In this document: positions 1 to 8,638 of the stretch, in pieces
Numbering within the stretch: position 1 is the first letter of the stretch
Layout: each line of letters begins with the position of its first letter
NCBI GenBank assembly: GCA_012964335.1
Contig: DTUF01000047.1
Coordinates: forward strand, 13,817-77,816
Direction: 5' to 3'
Source of the DNA: Candidatus Poseidoniales archaeon
GTDB lineage: Archaea; Thermoplasmatota; Poseidoniia; Poseidoniales; Thalassarchaeaceae
DNA: 64,000 bases
Program-made: the position numbers and the translations under genes
Notes under the pieces: generated by a model
The model's input: the letters and a program-made list of their open reading frames with translations, nothing else
What the model was told of the DNA's origin: nothing
Database searches by the model: none

Positions 1-561
1 TCTAGCGATATCGGTGATGTTACCTTCTACTTGGCTGGTAATTCAGTAGATGGTCACGGCTCAAATGATGATTCAGATGCATGGAATCTTCTCTCATTCA
101 CAATCAACTCCCCATCTAGTACTTCGGCTCAGGCCGATTTGGCTACTAGGGTAATTAGTGTAGGCGACTATCAGAGTCTTTTCGTTAGCGAACCTGACCC
201 CGCGGCGCTTGAGCAGGAAAAACAATTACAACTAGCAGAGAGTGTGTTTACAACTGGTAATACCCTATTCTTTTCTTCATTATGCGTCCTCCTAGTTGCA
301 GCAGTATTTCAACGTGAAATCCTTGAGCGCACGACCGGAGAAGGACCGCAACATTTGGCAAAAGATCTCGCTTATCCTGAGGGCTTGAAGAGAGGCCTAA
401 TTTCAGGTGTGATGTTCTTAGTTGGCTTGAATTGGTTAGCAACCGGCGCCCCAGCTTATCTTTACGCACCAGCAATTTTCTGTGGTTTTTGGGCCGCATA
501 TGGGGTCTACCGAACAGTTCGCTCAGCAAGAGCAGAACCGGTAGTGAAGGATATCCTCTGA
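1..561 (+). CDS. C-terminal part of a membrane-anchored protein (5' end probably outside the window)
   Basis: The frame of ORF 31..561 has no stop between base 1 and 31, so the CDS may enter from the left edge. Hydrophobic helices are present (FFSSLCVLLVAAVF; GVMFLVGLNWLATGAPAYLYAPAIFCGFWAAYGVY). The stop at 559-561 lies 1 nt before the next gene's start. No family recognised. Confidence 0.45.
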   Translation, partial: SSDIGDVTFYLAGNSVDGHGSNDDSDAWNLLSFTINSPSSTSAQADLATRVISVGDYQSLFVSEPDPAALEQEKQLQLAESVFTTGNTLFFSSLCVLLVAAVFQREILERTTGEGPQHLAKDLAYPEGLKRGLISGVMFLVGLNWLATGAPAYLYAPAIFCGFWAAYGVYRTVRSARAEPVVKDIL

Positions 562-562
562 G

Positions 563-1876
563 GTGATTATTTTGGACGGGGTTGTCCCCACCGATACGTC
601 ACAACATGTGATGAATCATCTAGCCGAAGCAAGTAAAAGAATTCAGCGCCTTGTATTCGCGTTTTTGCTAGTCGCAATTATCTGGGCATTTGTCATTGAA
701 GATATGTTTGCTTGGTGGCTGGCAAGAATCCCACTAGCAGAAGGTGCAGGTTCTCTAACGATATACAGCCCATACGCGTGGCTTGACACCAAATGGACAG
801 CAGTTGGGTTGTTGGCTATTTGGACGACCTTGCCTTGGGCCGCTTTAGAGTTGTGGAAGTTTGCAGAACCTGGTTTACTACAACGGGAAAAAGCATGGCT
901 TAGTACAATGATTCCAACCGGCATATTAGGTGGGTCAGTGTTAGTTATTTGGGGTTGGGGTTGGGGTTTCCCTCGGCTCGTTGAGATGGCTAATAGTGCT
1001 GGGATGATTGATGGTGTAGGGGCCCATTATGATGTGGTTTCACTTTTTGCAATGGCGCTTGCCTTTACCTGGTTCGTATTACTACTATTCCTTCAATCAC
1101 TAGGATTAACTGTTGGAAGAGGTCTTGATTTAATCACAGAGGACCCGCTAGATTCTTTGCGCTTGCGCTTACATTTTGTTTCGGTGACAATTCTGTATAT
1201 TGTTACACCACCAGCACTTCAAGGGTTATTTTTGGCGGCAACATTGACACTAATTTTTGCCAGTGAGTTCATTGCAAATCTTTCACCCTTGTCAAGTCGT
1301 ACACGAGGCCGTAAATCGCAGACAATTTTTGATTCAGAAGGGGATGAGAGAAGGGTATTACTGGTTGATTGTGCTTGTGTGGATGTTTGCCCACGATTGG
1401 ATCAAGAGCAATTAGGAAAAAACATTGGAATGATGTTAGCTAACGCTATTTGCCTGAACCCAGGCGAAGTGGGACATCTTTGTGAAAGAGTAGCCCGAGA
1501 GCAAATTACTGATGTTGTAATCAGTGGTTGTGATGGTTCGCCAACCCCAGGGAATATGAAGCGTTCTTTAGAAGTGATGAATTGTTCACTTTCGGGGTTG
1601 AATCGGTTATCAACCTCTATTCACGGGGACTCAGCCACACCAGAATACATTGATTTGGCCAACCGTATCGACCTCGCTAGAGCATCTCGACCATGGTCCC
1701 ACTCTGCCCAATCTCGGGCTCAGTTGAAGGTCATTCAGGGACAAGATTTACCTTCTACTCTTATTTCATCATCGACCAGTATTCAGCCATGGGGACTTAG
1801 ATTACAAGCAGATGACATATGGGTACATAATGGATCTAATCTTTCTGACCAAATTGATATTCAAATGATTGATTAG
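563..1876 (+). CDS. tatC: TatC-like Sec-independent translocase component with a ~190-aa C-terminal extension
   Basis: The N-terminus 'HLAEASKRIQRLVFAFLLVAIIWAF' matches the TatC 'HLxELRxRL' start. 'LELWKFAEPGLLQREKA' parallels E. coli TatC 'VWAFIAPALYKHERR'. 'IVTPPALQGLFLAATL' parallels 'LLTPPDVFSQTLLA'. About 6 hydrophobic segments. GTG start at 563, alternative ATG at 611. Confidence 0.6.
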   Translation: MIILDGVVPTDTSQHVMNHLAEASKRIQRLVFAFLLVAIIWAFVIEDMFAWWLARIPLAEGAGSLTIYSPYAWLDTKWTAVGLLAIWTTLPWAALELWKFAEPGLLQREKAWLSTMIPTGILGGSVLVIWGWGWGFPRLVEMANSAGMIDGVGAHYDVVSLFAMALAFTWFVLLLFLQSLGLTVGRGLDLITEDPLDSLRLRLHFVSVTILYIVTPPALQGLFLAATLTLIFASEFIANLSPLSSRTRGRKSQTIFDSEGDERRVLLVDCACVDVCPRLDQEQLGKNIGMMLANAICLNPGEVGHLCERVAREQITDVVISGCDGSPTPGNMKRSLEVMNCSLSGLNRLSTSIHGDSATPEYIDLANRIDLARASRPWSHSAQSRAQLKVIQGQDLPSTLISSSTSIQPWGLRLQADDIWVHNGSNLSDQIDIQMID

Positions 1877-1924
1877 ATGAATATAACTTGAATACATGGT
1901 AGCGTATCATTCAATACACACGCG

Positions 1925-4276
1925 GTGGAGCGGTTAACTATGAGGCCAATCATTGCAATCCCTCTTGCGGCAATGATTTTAGTTGCTGGTTGGTATGTAA
2001 GTGAAGACCCAACAAGGATTGGTCCTTTCTTTGATTACCTTGATGATTTCACTCAAGAAATAGAAAATACTGCACCCAGTGTTCAAATGCAAACGGAAGA
2101 GCGTTGGTTGGTTGTAGTAGTTGATTTCCCCAACGCCCCTGAGACAGGATTTAGGAATGTTGAGAAGGCAGAGACTTTACTGACTGGGACAAACGGCGCC
2201 GATGATTACATTTCCGAGGCTACTGGTGGCGCCACAACACTATCCGTGACAATAATCCCTACAGTATATCATGCTCAGAATTCTGATTCATACTGGGGTC
2301 AAGACGAGGGTGATGTTAGGGATGTAGGACAGGATGGCTCAGACGGCCCAGGAGGGTTAGCCTCATCAGTCATCAAAAATTCACTGTCAGGAGTAGACCT
2401 CTCCCAATTTGACCTAGATTCAGATGGCTGGATTGACCGATTTCTCATTATTCACACAGCCGAGGTACAGGAGGATAGCGGCGGCAGTGGAAGTATCTGG
2501 AGCCATTATGGGCCACTCGCAGCAATGGTCGAGGTAGATGGTTACAAATTTGACCACTACACTATAGCCGGATTTGATTCAGGATTTGGAACAATCATTC
2601 ATGAAATGCTTCACCAAATGGGTGCACTTGACTTGTACGATGTTCACGGTCAAGGAACTGGTGAAGATTGGAATGGGCTTGGTGATTGGGATGTTATGGC
2701 AAGCGGGAATTGGAATGGGGTAAACGGACGCACTCCTGCTTTACCATCCTTAGCTACTCTAGATTTAATTGGAGTTGACCGAGCAACTGAGATATCTCTC
2801 AATAACCCCGGCGAGACACAAAACTATGTACTCAGCCCTATCTCTTCATCAGGTTCGGGCTTGTTCATACAAATATCTCCTAGTGAACGAGTGTGGATGG
2901 CTTACAGAGGCTCTAATGGCTTTGACAGCGACCTACCTGGCCATGGGTTATTGGTTACTGTCCAAGATACATCAGTAGGTAACTCGGCGCAGAATTTAAT
3001 CAACACAAATCCGGATATTCCTTGGTTGTATGTCTTAGAAGCAGATGGTGATAATGGCCTTCTTGCTGGCAACGACCAAGGCAGTTCAGGGGATACTTTC
3101 ACAACTGGTGGTAAATTTGGTGCAGAAGGTCGTATTTTGATAGACCATTATGGTCGCCAAGTCAATTGGATTGTTGAGGTAACTGAAGTTAGCTCTGGCT
3201 CGCTTTCTCTCACAATATCTACTTCTGGAGCACCTAGTTTTGAGGTACTCCCTCCACATCATCCCATTCAATTATTGAAAAATGAAGATTTACTGATTTC
3301 AGTCAACTCTTCAACTGCTTGCACATTAGGCGCTAATTTAAATTCAAGCGATGGTAGAACCGTGTCAATTGTTGAGAACACACCTGTATCTGTAGGTGAA
3401 TCAGTGGTCCGAACTCTGCGCTGGGATAGCCCGGGGATAGTTGGAGGTGAAGCGCGTTTAACAGGTCAATTTACTTGCGGTTCCTCTACTGCTCAACAGG
3501 TGAGTATAGATTTCCATACTATTGGGTTACGTCTTGTAAATACTGAATACAAGAGTGACATTTCATCTGACGATGATGGCTTTGTAAATGTGCCATTGGA
3601 GTTTAGTGGCTTAGGTCAGCAAGTTTGGGAGGTTAGGTTGGAGGGGCCGATTGATAGGATTGCGACAACCTCTCCCACTCAAAACTTAGGTGATGGGTCA
3701 AAGGTAAATCTAACAATATCTCCTAATGGACTCTTAGTACCAGGGATGGTGGCACGGGGTGAAATTGTTTTGCGAGATTCTCAAGGGTTAGAGCAAAGCA
3801 TTGAGGTCATACTCACGGCTGAACAGTTTGAACAAGGTGGGGAACTAGTTCGATTTTTCTCAGACCCAGCAAATTTGATTATTACAATGGCCGGATTAAT
3901 CGCATTGTCAGTATTACTAGGGATGAGGAAGAGAAAATCCCCCCAATCAAAGATTCGGGAGGCAGGGAGGCAACAAGCGATTAATCACTTGAAAACGGTT
4001 GGTCCCGCTAGGCCAACTCCTATGCCACAGTCACAATTTTCTGCACAACCACAGACAATACCTCAACAGAAGACTCAACACCAAAATGTCCAATCTGAGG
4101 GTTACTTATCGGAATTACTTGAAGTTGACAGTGGCGAGCCTCGCCCAGAGAGTATTTCTGACGGGGTGGCGGAATTCAAAGGTCCAGAAAGACCTAGTTC
4201 TCAGCCATCTCAGCAGTCGAAGGTAGGTATTACACACGATCCAAACGAGATTCCAGATTTAGATGATTTGCTATAG
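1925..4276 (+). CDS. M6-family (immune inhibitor A-like) zinc metalloprotease, membrane-anchored, with a Q/P-rich cytoplasmic tail
   Basis: The HExxH site 'IIHEMLHQMGALDLYD' resembles the M6 signature HExxHxxGxPDxYD. N-terminal signal/anchor (alternative ATG at 1940: MRPIIAIPLAAMILVAG). C-terminal TM segment 'ITMAGLIALSVLLGM' followed by RKRK and a Q/P-rich tail. Confidence 0.7.
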   Translation: MERLTMRPIIAIPLAAMILVAGWYVSEDPTRIGPFFDYLDDFTQEIENTAPSVQMQTEERWLVVVVDFPNAPETGFRNVEKAETLLTGTNGADDYISEATGGATTLSVTIIPTVYHAQNSDSYWGQDEGDVRDVGQDGSDGPGGLASSVIKNSLSGVDLSQFDLDSDGWIDRFLIIHTAEVQEDSGGSGSIWSHYGPLAAMVEVDGYKFDHYTIAGFDSGFGTIIHEMLHQMGALDLYDVHGQGTGEDWNGLGDWDVMASGNWNGVNGRTPALPSLATLDLIGVDRATEISLNNPGETQNYVLSPISSSGSGLFIQISPSERVWMAYRGSNGFDSDLPGHGLLVTVQDTSVGNSAQNLINTNPDIPWLYVLEADGDNGLLAGNDQGSSGDTFTTGGKFGAEGRILIDHYGRQVNWIVEVTEVSSGSLSLTISTSGAPSFEVLPPHHPIQLLKNEDLLISVNSSTACTLGANLNSSDGRTVSIVENTPVSVGESVVRTLRWDSPGIVGGEARLTGQFTCGSSTAQQVSIDFHTIGLRLVNTEYKSDISSDDDGFVNVPLEFSGLGQQVWEVRLEGPIDRIATTSPTQNLGDGSKVNLTISPNGLLVPGMVARGEIVLRDSQGLEQSIEVILTAEQFEQGGELVRFFSDPANLIITMAGLIALSVLLGMRKRKSPQSKIREAGRQQAINHLKTVGPARPTPMPQSQFSAQPQTIPQQKTQHQNVQSEGYLSELLEVDSGEPRPESISDGVAEFKGPERPSSQPSQQSKVGITHDPNEIPDLDDLL

Positions 4277-4278
4277 TT

Positions 4279-4980
4279 TCAATAAATCTGGTCAATTAAT
4301 TGTGGGTTATCATTGGCTACTTTATTGACATTTGTTGATACTTGGTAATAGTCAATTTCAACAGCAGCAGAATGAGCCGTTTCGGCATCAATAAGTTCAC
4401 TTGCTTGGGTTGAAGATACACCGTCGTCAAGCCAAACTTGCCAATTTTCTTGGGAAAGAAGAACCGGCATCCGATGGTGAATATGATTGATATTTGAATG
4501 TGCTTGGCAAGTCAGAATTGTAAATGACTCCACCGCGTCTCCGTTAGTTGAGGACCACGATGACCAAAGTCCAGCAAGGGCGAGTGGTTTACCTTCCAAG
4601 TGATGATGCCAGTACGGTCTTTTTCCTTCATTCCCAGTGGACCATTCATACCAACCATCAGCGGGGATAATACACCGCTTATTGTTCAGTAAGTGTTTAA
4701 ACATCGGTTTTTCCGAAGCAGTTTCACTTCGGGCATTGATTGGTTTAATCTTTGAATCACTATTCGACCAACTAGGTATTAGGCCCCATTTCATTAGTCT
4801 AGTATGGCGGGGTGCTGTGCCATCTCCACCCACTGGTGGTGTTGCGAGGATTACTGGATGCCACATTGACGGTGCGATATTGAATCGTGGCTTTGGTGCC
4901 AACATATCAGGTAGGGGTTGAGTGTCAAAATACGCCGCAAGAGTTTGCTGGTCTGTATGTAAGGCGAAGCGACCGCACAT
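4279..4980 (-). CDS. SOS-response-associated peptidase (SRAP/YedK/HMCES family)
   Basis: 'MCGRF' N-terminus, 'NARSETASEKPMF', 'RCIIPADGWYEW', 'ALAGLWSSW', 'HHRMPVLL'. Start set at the ATG at 4978-4980 so that Cys is residue 2. The track start at 5043 would add 21 aa. Confidence 0.85.
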   Translation of the reverse strand: MCGRFALHTDQQTLAAYFDTQPLPDMLAPKPRFNIAPSMWHPVILATPPVGGDGTAPRHTRLMKWGLIPSWSNSDSKIKPINARSETASEKPMFKHLLNNKRCIIPADGWYEWSTGNEGKRPYWHHHLEGKPLALAGLWSSWSSTNGDAVESFTILTCQAHSNINHIHHRMPVLLSQENWQVWLDDGVSSTQASELIDAETAHSAAVEIDYYQVSTNVNKVANDNPQLIDQIY

Positions 4981-5128
4981 GGATTCACGGTGTGTGCCCA
5001 GTGCTTGACAATTCCGGATATTTTTCTGTTGGTTTTTTCGCAATCACTTTCACTTTGCGTCTGCTCACACCCCCTCTTGGGAAAGATGTAGGTGGAGATT
5101 CGGTTACACTATAATTCGGTGGGATCAG

Positions 5129-5893
5129 ATGAAAACAGATTCAGTAGGACGTGAAATTAATTCCGTTGCAGTAGGTGACTACAAATCAACTAATTTGGAT
5201 AATATCGTGGAATGGGGTGATGTTAGATTACAACGGATGTTACCCCCATTGACTATGGGGGCAATTCATCTATTACTTCAGGACCGAAGGGAATCGAAAC
5301 ATATCCTTCCAAGAATTGCTGCTGCAGAGTTGGCATCTGGGTTGAATGTTCATTGGGTTGATGGTGCTGGGCGCATAGATCCTGGCAATCTAGTACCTCT
5401 TCTCCATTGGCGTGGATGTAGGCCAAAAGATGGCTTGAGGCGACTACAAATTAGCCGCGCCCACACTGCACATCAGTTGGAAGCTCAGATTGAGAGACTA
5501 GTAGCCGAAGGTGAAGGATTGAGTAATTTGTCCCGTTTATTCATCATTGATGATTTAGCGGCGATGTTCAATGACCCCCAGGTTGGGCGCTCGCAAGGCA
5601 GGGCAATGCTCAATAGAGCTCTACTCAATCTCCGAAAATTAGCCAGTCGTGGTGCTTGTGTGGTGATTTCATCCGGTCGTGCTGGCCATGCGCCACTACC
5701 AAAAGAGCATCACATCCAATTGCGGAATAATTGTGATGTGATGGTGCACTTACAATCACTACAAGGCCGGAGAAGTAGTGGTTTATCCTTAACTTGTGTT
5801 GGACAAAAGGTTAGGCATATATGGCAACCTCTTCCAAGAAATCAAGCATCGCTCTCAGACTTTTGGCAAAATGATTCAAGCGTTAATGGCTGA
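5129..5893 (+). CDS. RecA/RadA-fold paralogue with a degenerate P-loop (RadB/Rad51-paralogue-like)
   Basis: Layout resembles the RecA core: 'GAIHLLLQDRRESKHIL' sits where GxxxxGK[ST] is expected, with the glycines lost. 'ISRAHTAHQLEAQIERL' resembles RadA 'vaRAyn..hQ'. Walker-B-like 'RLFIIDDLAAMF'. The 3' end overlaps the polB 3' end by 52 nt (convergent). Confidence 0.45.
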   Translation: MKTDSVGREINSVAVGDYKSTNLDNIVEWGDVRLQRMLPPLTMGAIHLLLQDRRESKHILPRIAAAELASGLNVHWVDGAGRIDPGNLVPLLHWRGCRPKDGLRRLQISRAHTAHQLEAQIERLVAEGEGLSNLSRLFIIDDLAAMFNDPQVGRSQGRAMLNRALLNLRKLASRGACVVISSGRAGHAPLPKEHHIQLRNNCDVMVHLQSLQGRRSSGLSLTCVGQKVRHIWQPLPRNQASLSDFWQNDSSVNG

Positions 5894-8262
5894 CGTCTAC
5901 AACAATCGATTCCAGATTCATCCCAGCCAAACGGTGATAGTATTGCCCATATCGCTCTCCTTGCTAGCGGCTCATAGAATTCAACATCACCTGTGAGTTG
6001 GTAGGTTGTTGCGTTTTGCGATTCAATTTCGCTTGCTAGGCGCACTCTCTCGGTGCTATGTCTATGGCGCCATGAAACTACGGCAAACTTGGCCTTGTTG
6101 CCTGGTGGTATTCGTCTCCCTAATTTAGCCGCTCTAAGAAGAGCTGCTGTTGCAATTGTTTGAACACGTTCATCTCCTAATTCTTTCCGGATTCGCCTTG
6201 CAATTATGAGGTCTTTTAGTGCGACCTTTCCATCCTTCAAATTCTTTAATTCCCTATGTAAGTTAACAGTTACTTGGAATTGAGATAGAGATGATGGGTC
6301 ATCTTTGAGGATTTCAAGAGAGGTTGTTTGTAATTGTTCAATCCAAGTACAGGTTGAATGCTGTCGCAGTTCAATCCCGCGTACTTTCCAGCCTTCATCA
6401 CCATATCCAAAATATTTGGTCAAAGCACCAACACCAGTGGTTCTGTTAGGGATGAAACATATCCAATGATAGATATCTTCTAAATCTGCAGGGATGCCGA
6501 TTTGATTCAATAATTTTATCCTAATTCTATCTATAGAACGATTGCGTGAGGGTTCATCACGATTTTCTAAATCGCTTAACCACATAGAATCTACAATCGC
6601 ATGAAGTGTTTCCCACCCCTCTTCTGAAGCGATATCAATCGCTTGTAGTAGAATCTCTCTTGCCCACGCACAAATAGCTTCATGACATTCAATTCTACCG
6701 AATCTAGCATTACGATATCCGGTATATCCAAAGCAGGTAACTAGTACCCATTTCAGTGCATTTTGACGCCCATCCCATACATCTCCTTTTTTCTGTCTTT
6801 TCGATTTCAATTGCATTCGTCTCTCAATAATTGGGGAAACAACTCGCCCTAGGAATCCGTGTCTAAGTGTGCAAGTATGTAGATTCAACTCAGGAACTTT
6901 CATGGTCATTGGGATTTCATTTCCAGCTCTTAATCTATGTTCAATTTCAGCGGCCGCATCAGCAACCAAAAGTGGTAGCCTACCATCTGCGCTATCGCTA
7001 GGCTCAGTCTTTGGGTCACAACAAGAGCAATTCATAGTTTCAGGGCTTATGTTACGGGTAGCAATAATGCTAGGGAATAAAGATGCAAAATCGAGTTCAA
7101 CCACTGTGTCGTGAGCCCCAACTACTGGTTCGAGGTAAAGTCCTCCTCGGTCAGCTGCAAGTAACTCAAGACCATCTTTCACATCTTCCGGGCGATTTTT
7201 TTTCCATGGTACAAGTACTCCATCTTCCATTGCTTGGCGCATTTGCATGGCGCTGATTGCAGACCCTGGTGAAAGACGAGAAATGTCTTGACCGGAAAGG
7301 CCTGACATGCGAGCTAATTCTAGCAAGCCAGCAATCCCGCCTTCTCTAACGATGAATGATCCAGCCATATCAATGTGTAACCTTCCTTGTAGGGCGTGGT
7401 ACGATTCTTTGCGTAGCAGGTTACCGTATGACCAGGCAGTACGACCCCGGGTTCGCGGTACTAAATCCTCTGAGTTCCGTGAGAGATGTAGGGGTTGACC
7501 AACTCTTTCACTAAGTCTTCTCAGAGCGGGTAGGTCAATGCTATCGCCAGCATCTGTAATCAATACATCTGGGTCAATTTCCATCATTCGCAAATTAAGC
7601 AACCTTAGCATCTCTTCTTCATTTTCACATTCTATTGTTATTGGATTACCGGGATTTTCATCTTCGCCGAGTGTTCCCCGTGGTGTGATGATGATTCTCT
7701 TCAATGATGCACTAGCTGTACGATGGCCGTGGTCATCGTAACAATCTGTAAACAAGTGGGCAATTGTTAGTGGCGGTAATTCCAAGGACATATCGGTTCG
7801 ACTGTCAAGTGCAGTCAGTTTGTTGTTAGATATCTTAATTCTTCCAAATGGATGGACTTCTTTCTCAAGTAAATGTCTCTGAGCCATCTTCTGGTCTACT
7901 GAATACAATTCATGGTGATGCCAATTTCCTCGTGCATCAATCACTTCTGCTAATCTCTTTAATTTAGATGGACGGTTTGTTGAAACTGCCAATACTGAGC
8001 GAGCGCGTGTAGCTCCAAGTTCCACGAGATGTCGTTCAAAACGAGTTTGCAACTCTCCAAATTCATAGTGCATTTCAGCACGGTCAAGCCATAGTGCCAA
8101 TTGTTCTAAACGATTGATGTCGGCTGATACATGAAGTGCAACTCGCCATTTTTCACGCAATGAAATTGTCTTACAATCATCCAGTTTTACCCATGTAACC
8201 ATCTCATCCCCATCTTGATGGCAGTCAAGAATCCAACCGCTAACTTCAGTCAACTCTATCAC
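5842..8262 (-). CDS. polB: Family B DNA polymerase, divergent (exonuclease motifs and motifs B/C degenerate)
   Basis: Motif A 'ELDFASLFPSIIATRNISPET' (compare Pfu '[20 protein letters not shown]'). Motif B region 'RQNALKWVLVTCFGYTGYRNARF' (compare '[23 protein letters not shown]'). Motif C 'LHAIVDSMW' (compare 'LYIDTDGLY'). GTG start at 8260-8262. Confidence 0.85.
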   Translation of the reverse strand: MIELTEVSGWILDCHQDGDEMVTWVKLDDCKTISLREKWRVALHVSADINRLEQLALWLDRAEMHYEFGELQTRFERHLVELGATRARSVLAVSTNRPSKLKRLAEVIDARGNWHHHELYSVDQKMAQRHLLEKEVHPFGRIKISNNKLTALDSRTDMSLELPPLTIAHLFTDCYDDHGHRTASASLKRIIITPRGTLGEDENPGNPITIECENEEEMLRLLNLRMMEIDPDVLITDAGDSIDLPALRRLSERVGQPLHLSRNSEDLVPRTRGRTAWSYGNLLRKESYHALQGRLHIDMAGSFIVREGGIAGLLELARMSGLSGQDISRLSPGSAISAMQMRQAMEDGVLVPWKKNRPEDVKDGLELLAADRGGLYLEPVVGAHDTVVELDFASLFPSIIATRNISPETMNCSCCDPKTEPSDSADGRLPLLVADAAAEIEHRLRAGNEIPMTMKVPELNLHTCTLRHGFLGRVVSPIIERRMQLKSKRQKKGDVWDGRQNALKWVLVTCFGYTGYRNARFGRIECHEAICAWAREILLQAIDIASEEGWETLHAIVDSMWLSDLENRDEPSRNRSIDRIRIKLLNQIGIPADLEDIYHWICFIPNRTTGVGALTKYFGYGDEGWKVRGIELRQHSTCTWIEQLQTTSLEILKDDPSSLSQFQVTVNLHRELKNLKDGKVALKDLIIARRIRKELGDERVQTIATAALLRAAKLGRRIPPGNKAKFAVVSWRHRHSTERVRLASEIESQNATTYQLTGDVEFYEPLARRAIWAILSPFGWDESGIDCCRRQPLTLESFCQKSESDA

Positions 8263-8275
8263 AACCGTTGCAGAG

Positions 8276-8530
8276 TCATGATTCTAATTCTTCCACTTTT
8301 GCTTCCAATCTCTTGATTCTAGCAAAACAATCCACTATTACAGACAGTAACATTGGCTCAAGTGGGTCGGCGGTTGGCATCATCCCTCCTGCTGCCGCCC
8401 GCTCTCTAACTGCATTTGCGGCATCATCCAATGCCAACTTATCCTCAGTTCGTAATGCCCTGCGAAATGCATTCCACACAACCATTCTCTCTTCTATACG
8501 CATTCGCCATGTTGATACTGTCCGGCCCAT
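8276..8530 (-). CDS. Small hypothetical protein (84 aa), apparently co-transcribed with polB
   Basis: Its stop lies 13 nt upstream of the polB GTG start on the same strand. Charged, helical-looking composition. A TATA-like 'CACTATAA' begins ~30 nt upstream of its ATG. The competing plus-strand ORF 8268..8540 is S/A/N-rich low complexity. Confidence 0.4.
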   Translation of the reverse strand: MGRTVSTWRMRIEERMVVWNAFRRALRTEDKLALDDAANAVRERAAAGGMMPTADPLEPMLLSVIVDCFARIKRLEAKVEELES

Positions 8531-8638
8531 ATTTGATTAGGCCAAGTAGGGGGTTATAGTGGATTACTAGGAGAGGGGGTGGTTGGCGCAAAGTAAAACT
8601 GAAATTTCATCAGAACTTATAGTGATGGATGAATGTTC

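Noticed and set aside
8268-8540. 90-aa plus-strand ORF opposite the 84-aa minus ORF
   Set aside because: It is low-complexity (S/A/N-rich) with no operon context. The minus-strand ORF is 13 nt from the polB start and has a TATA-like element. Neither is strongly supported.
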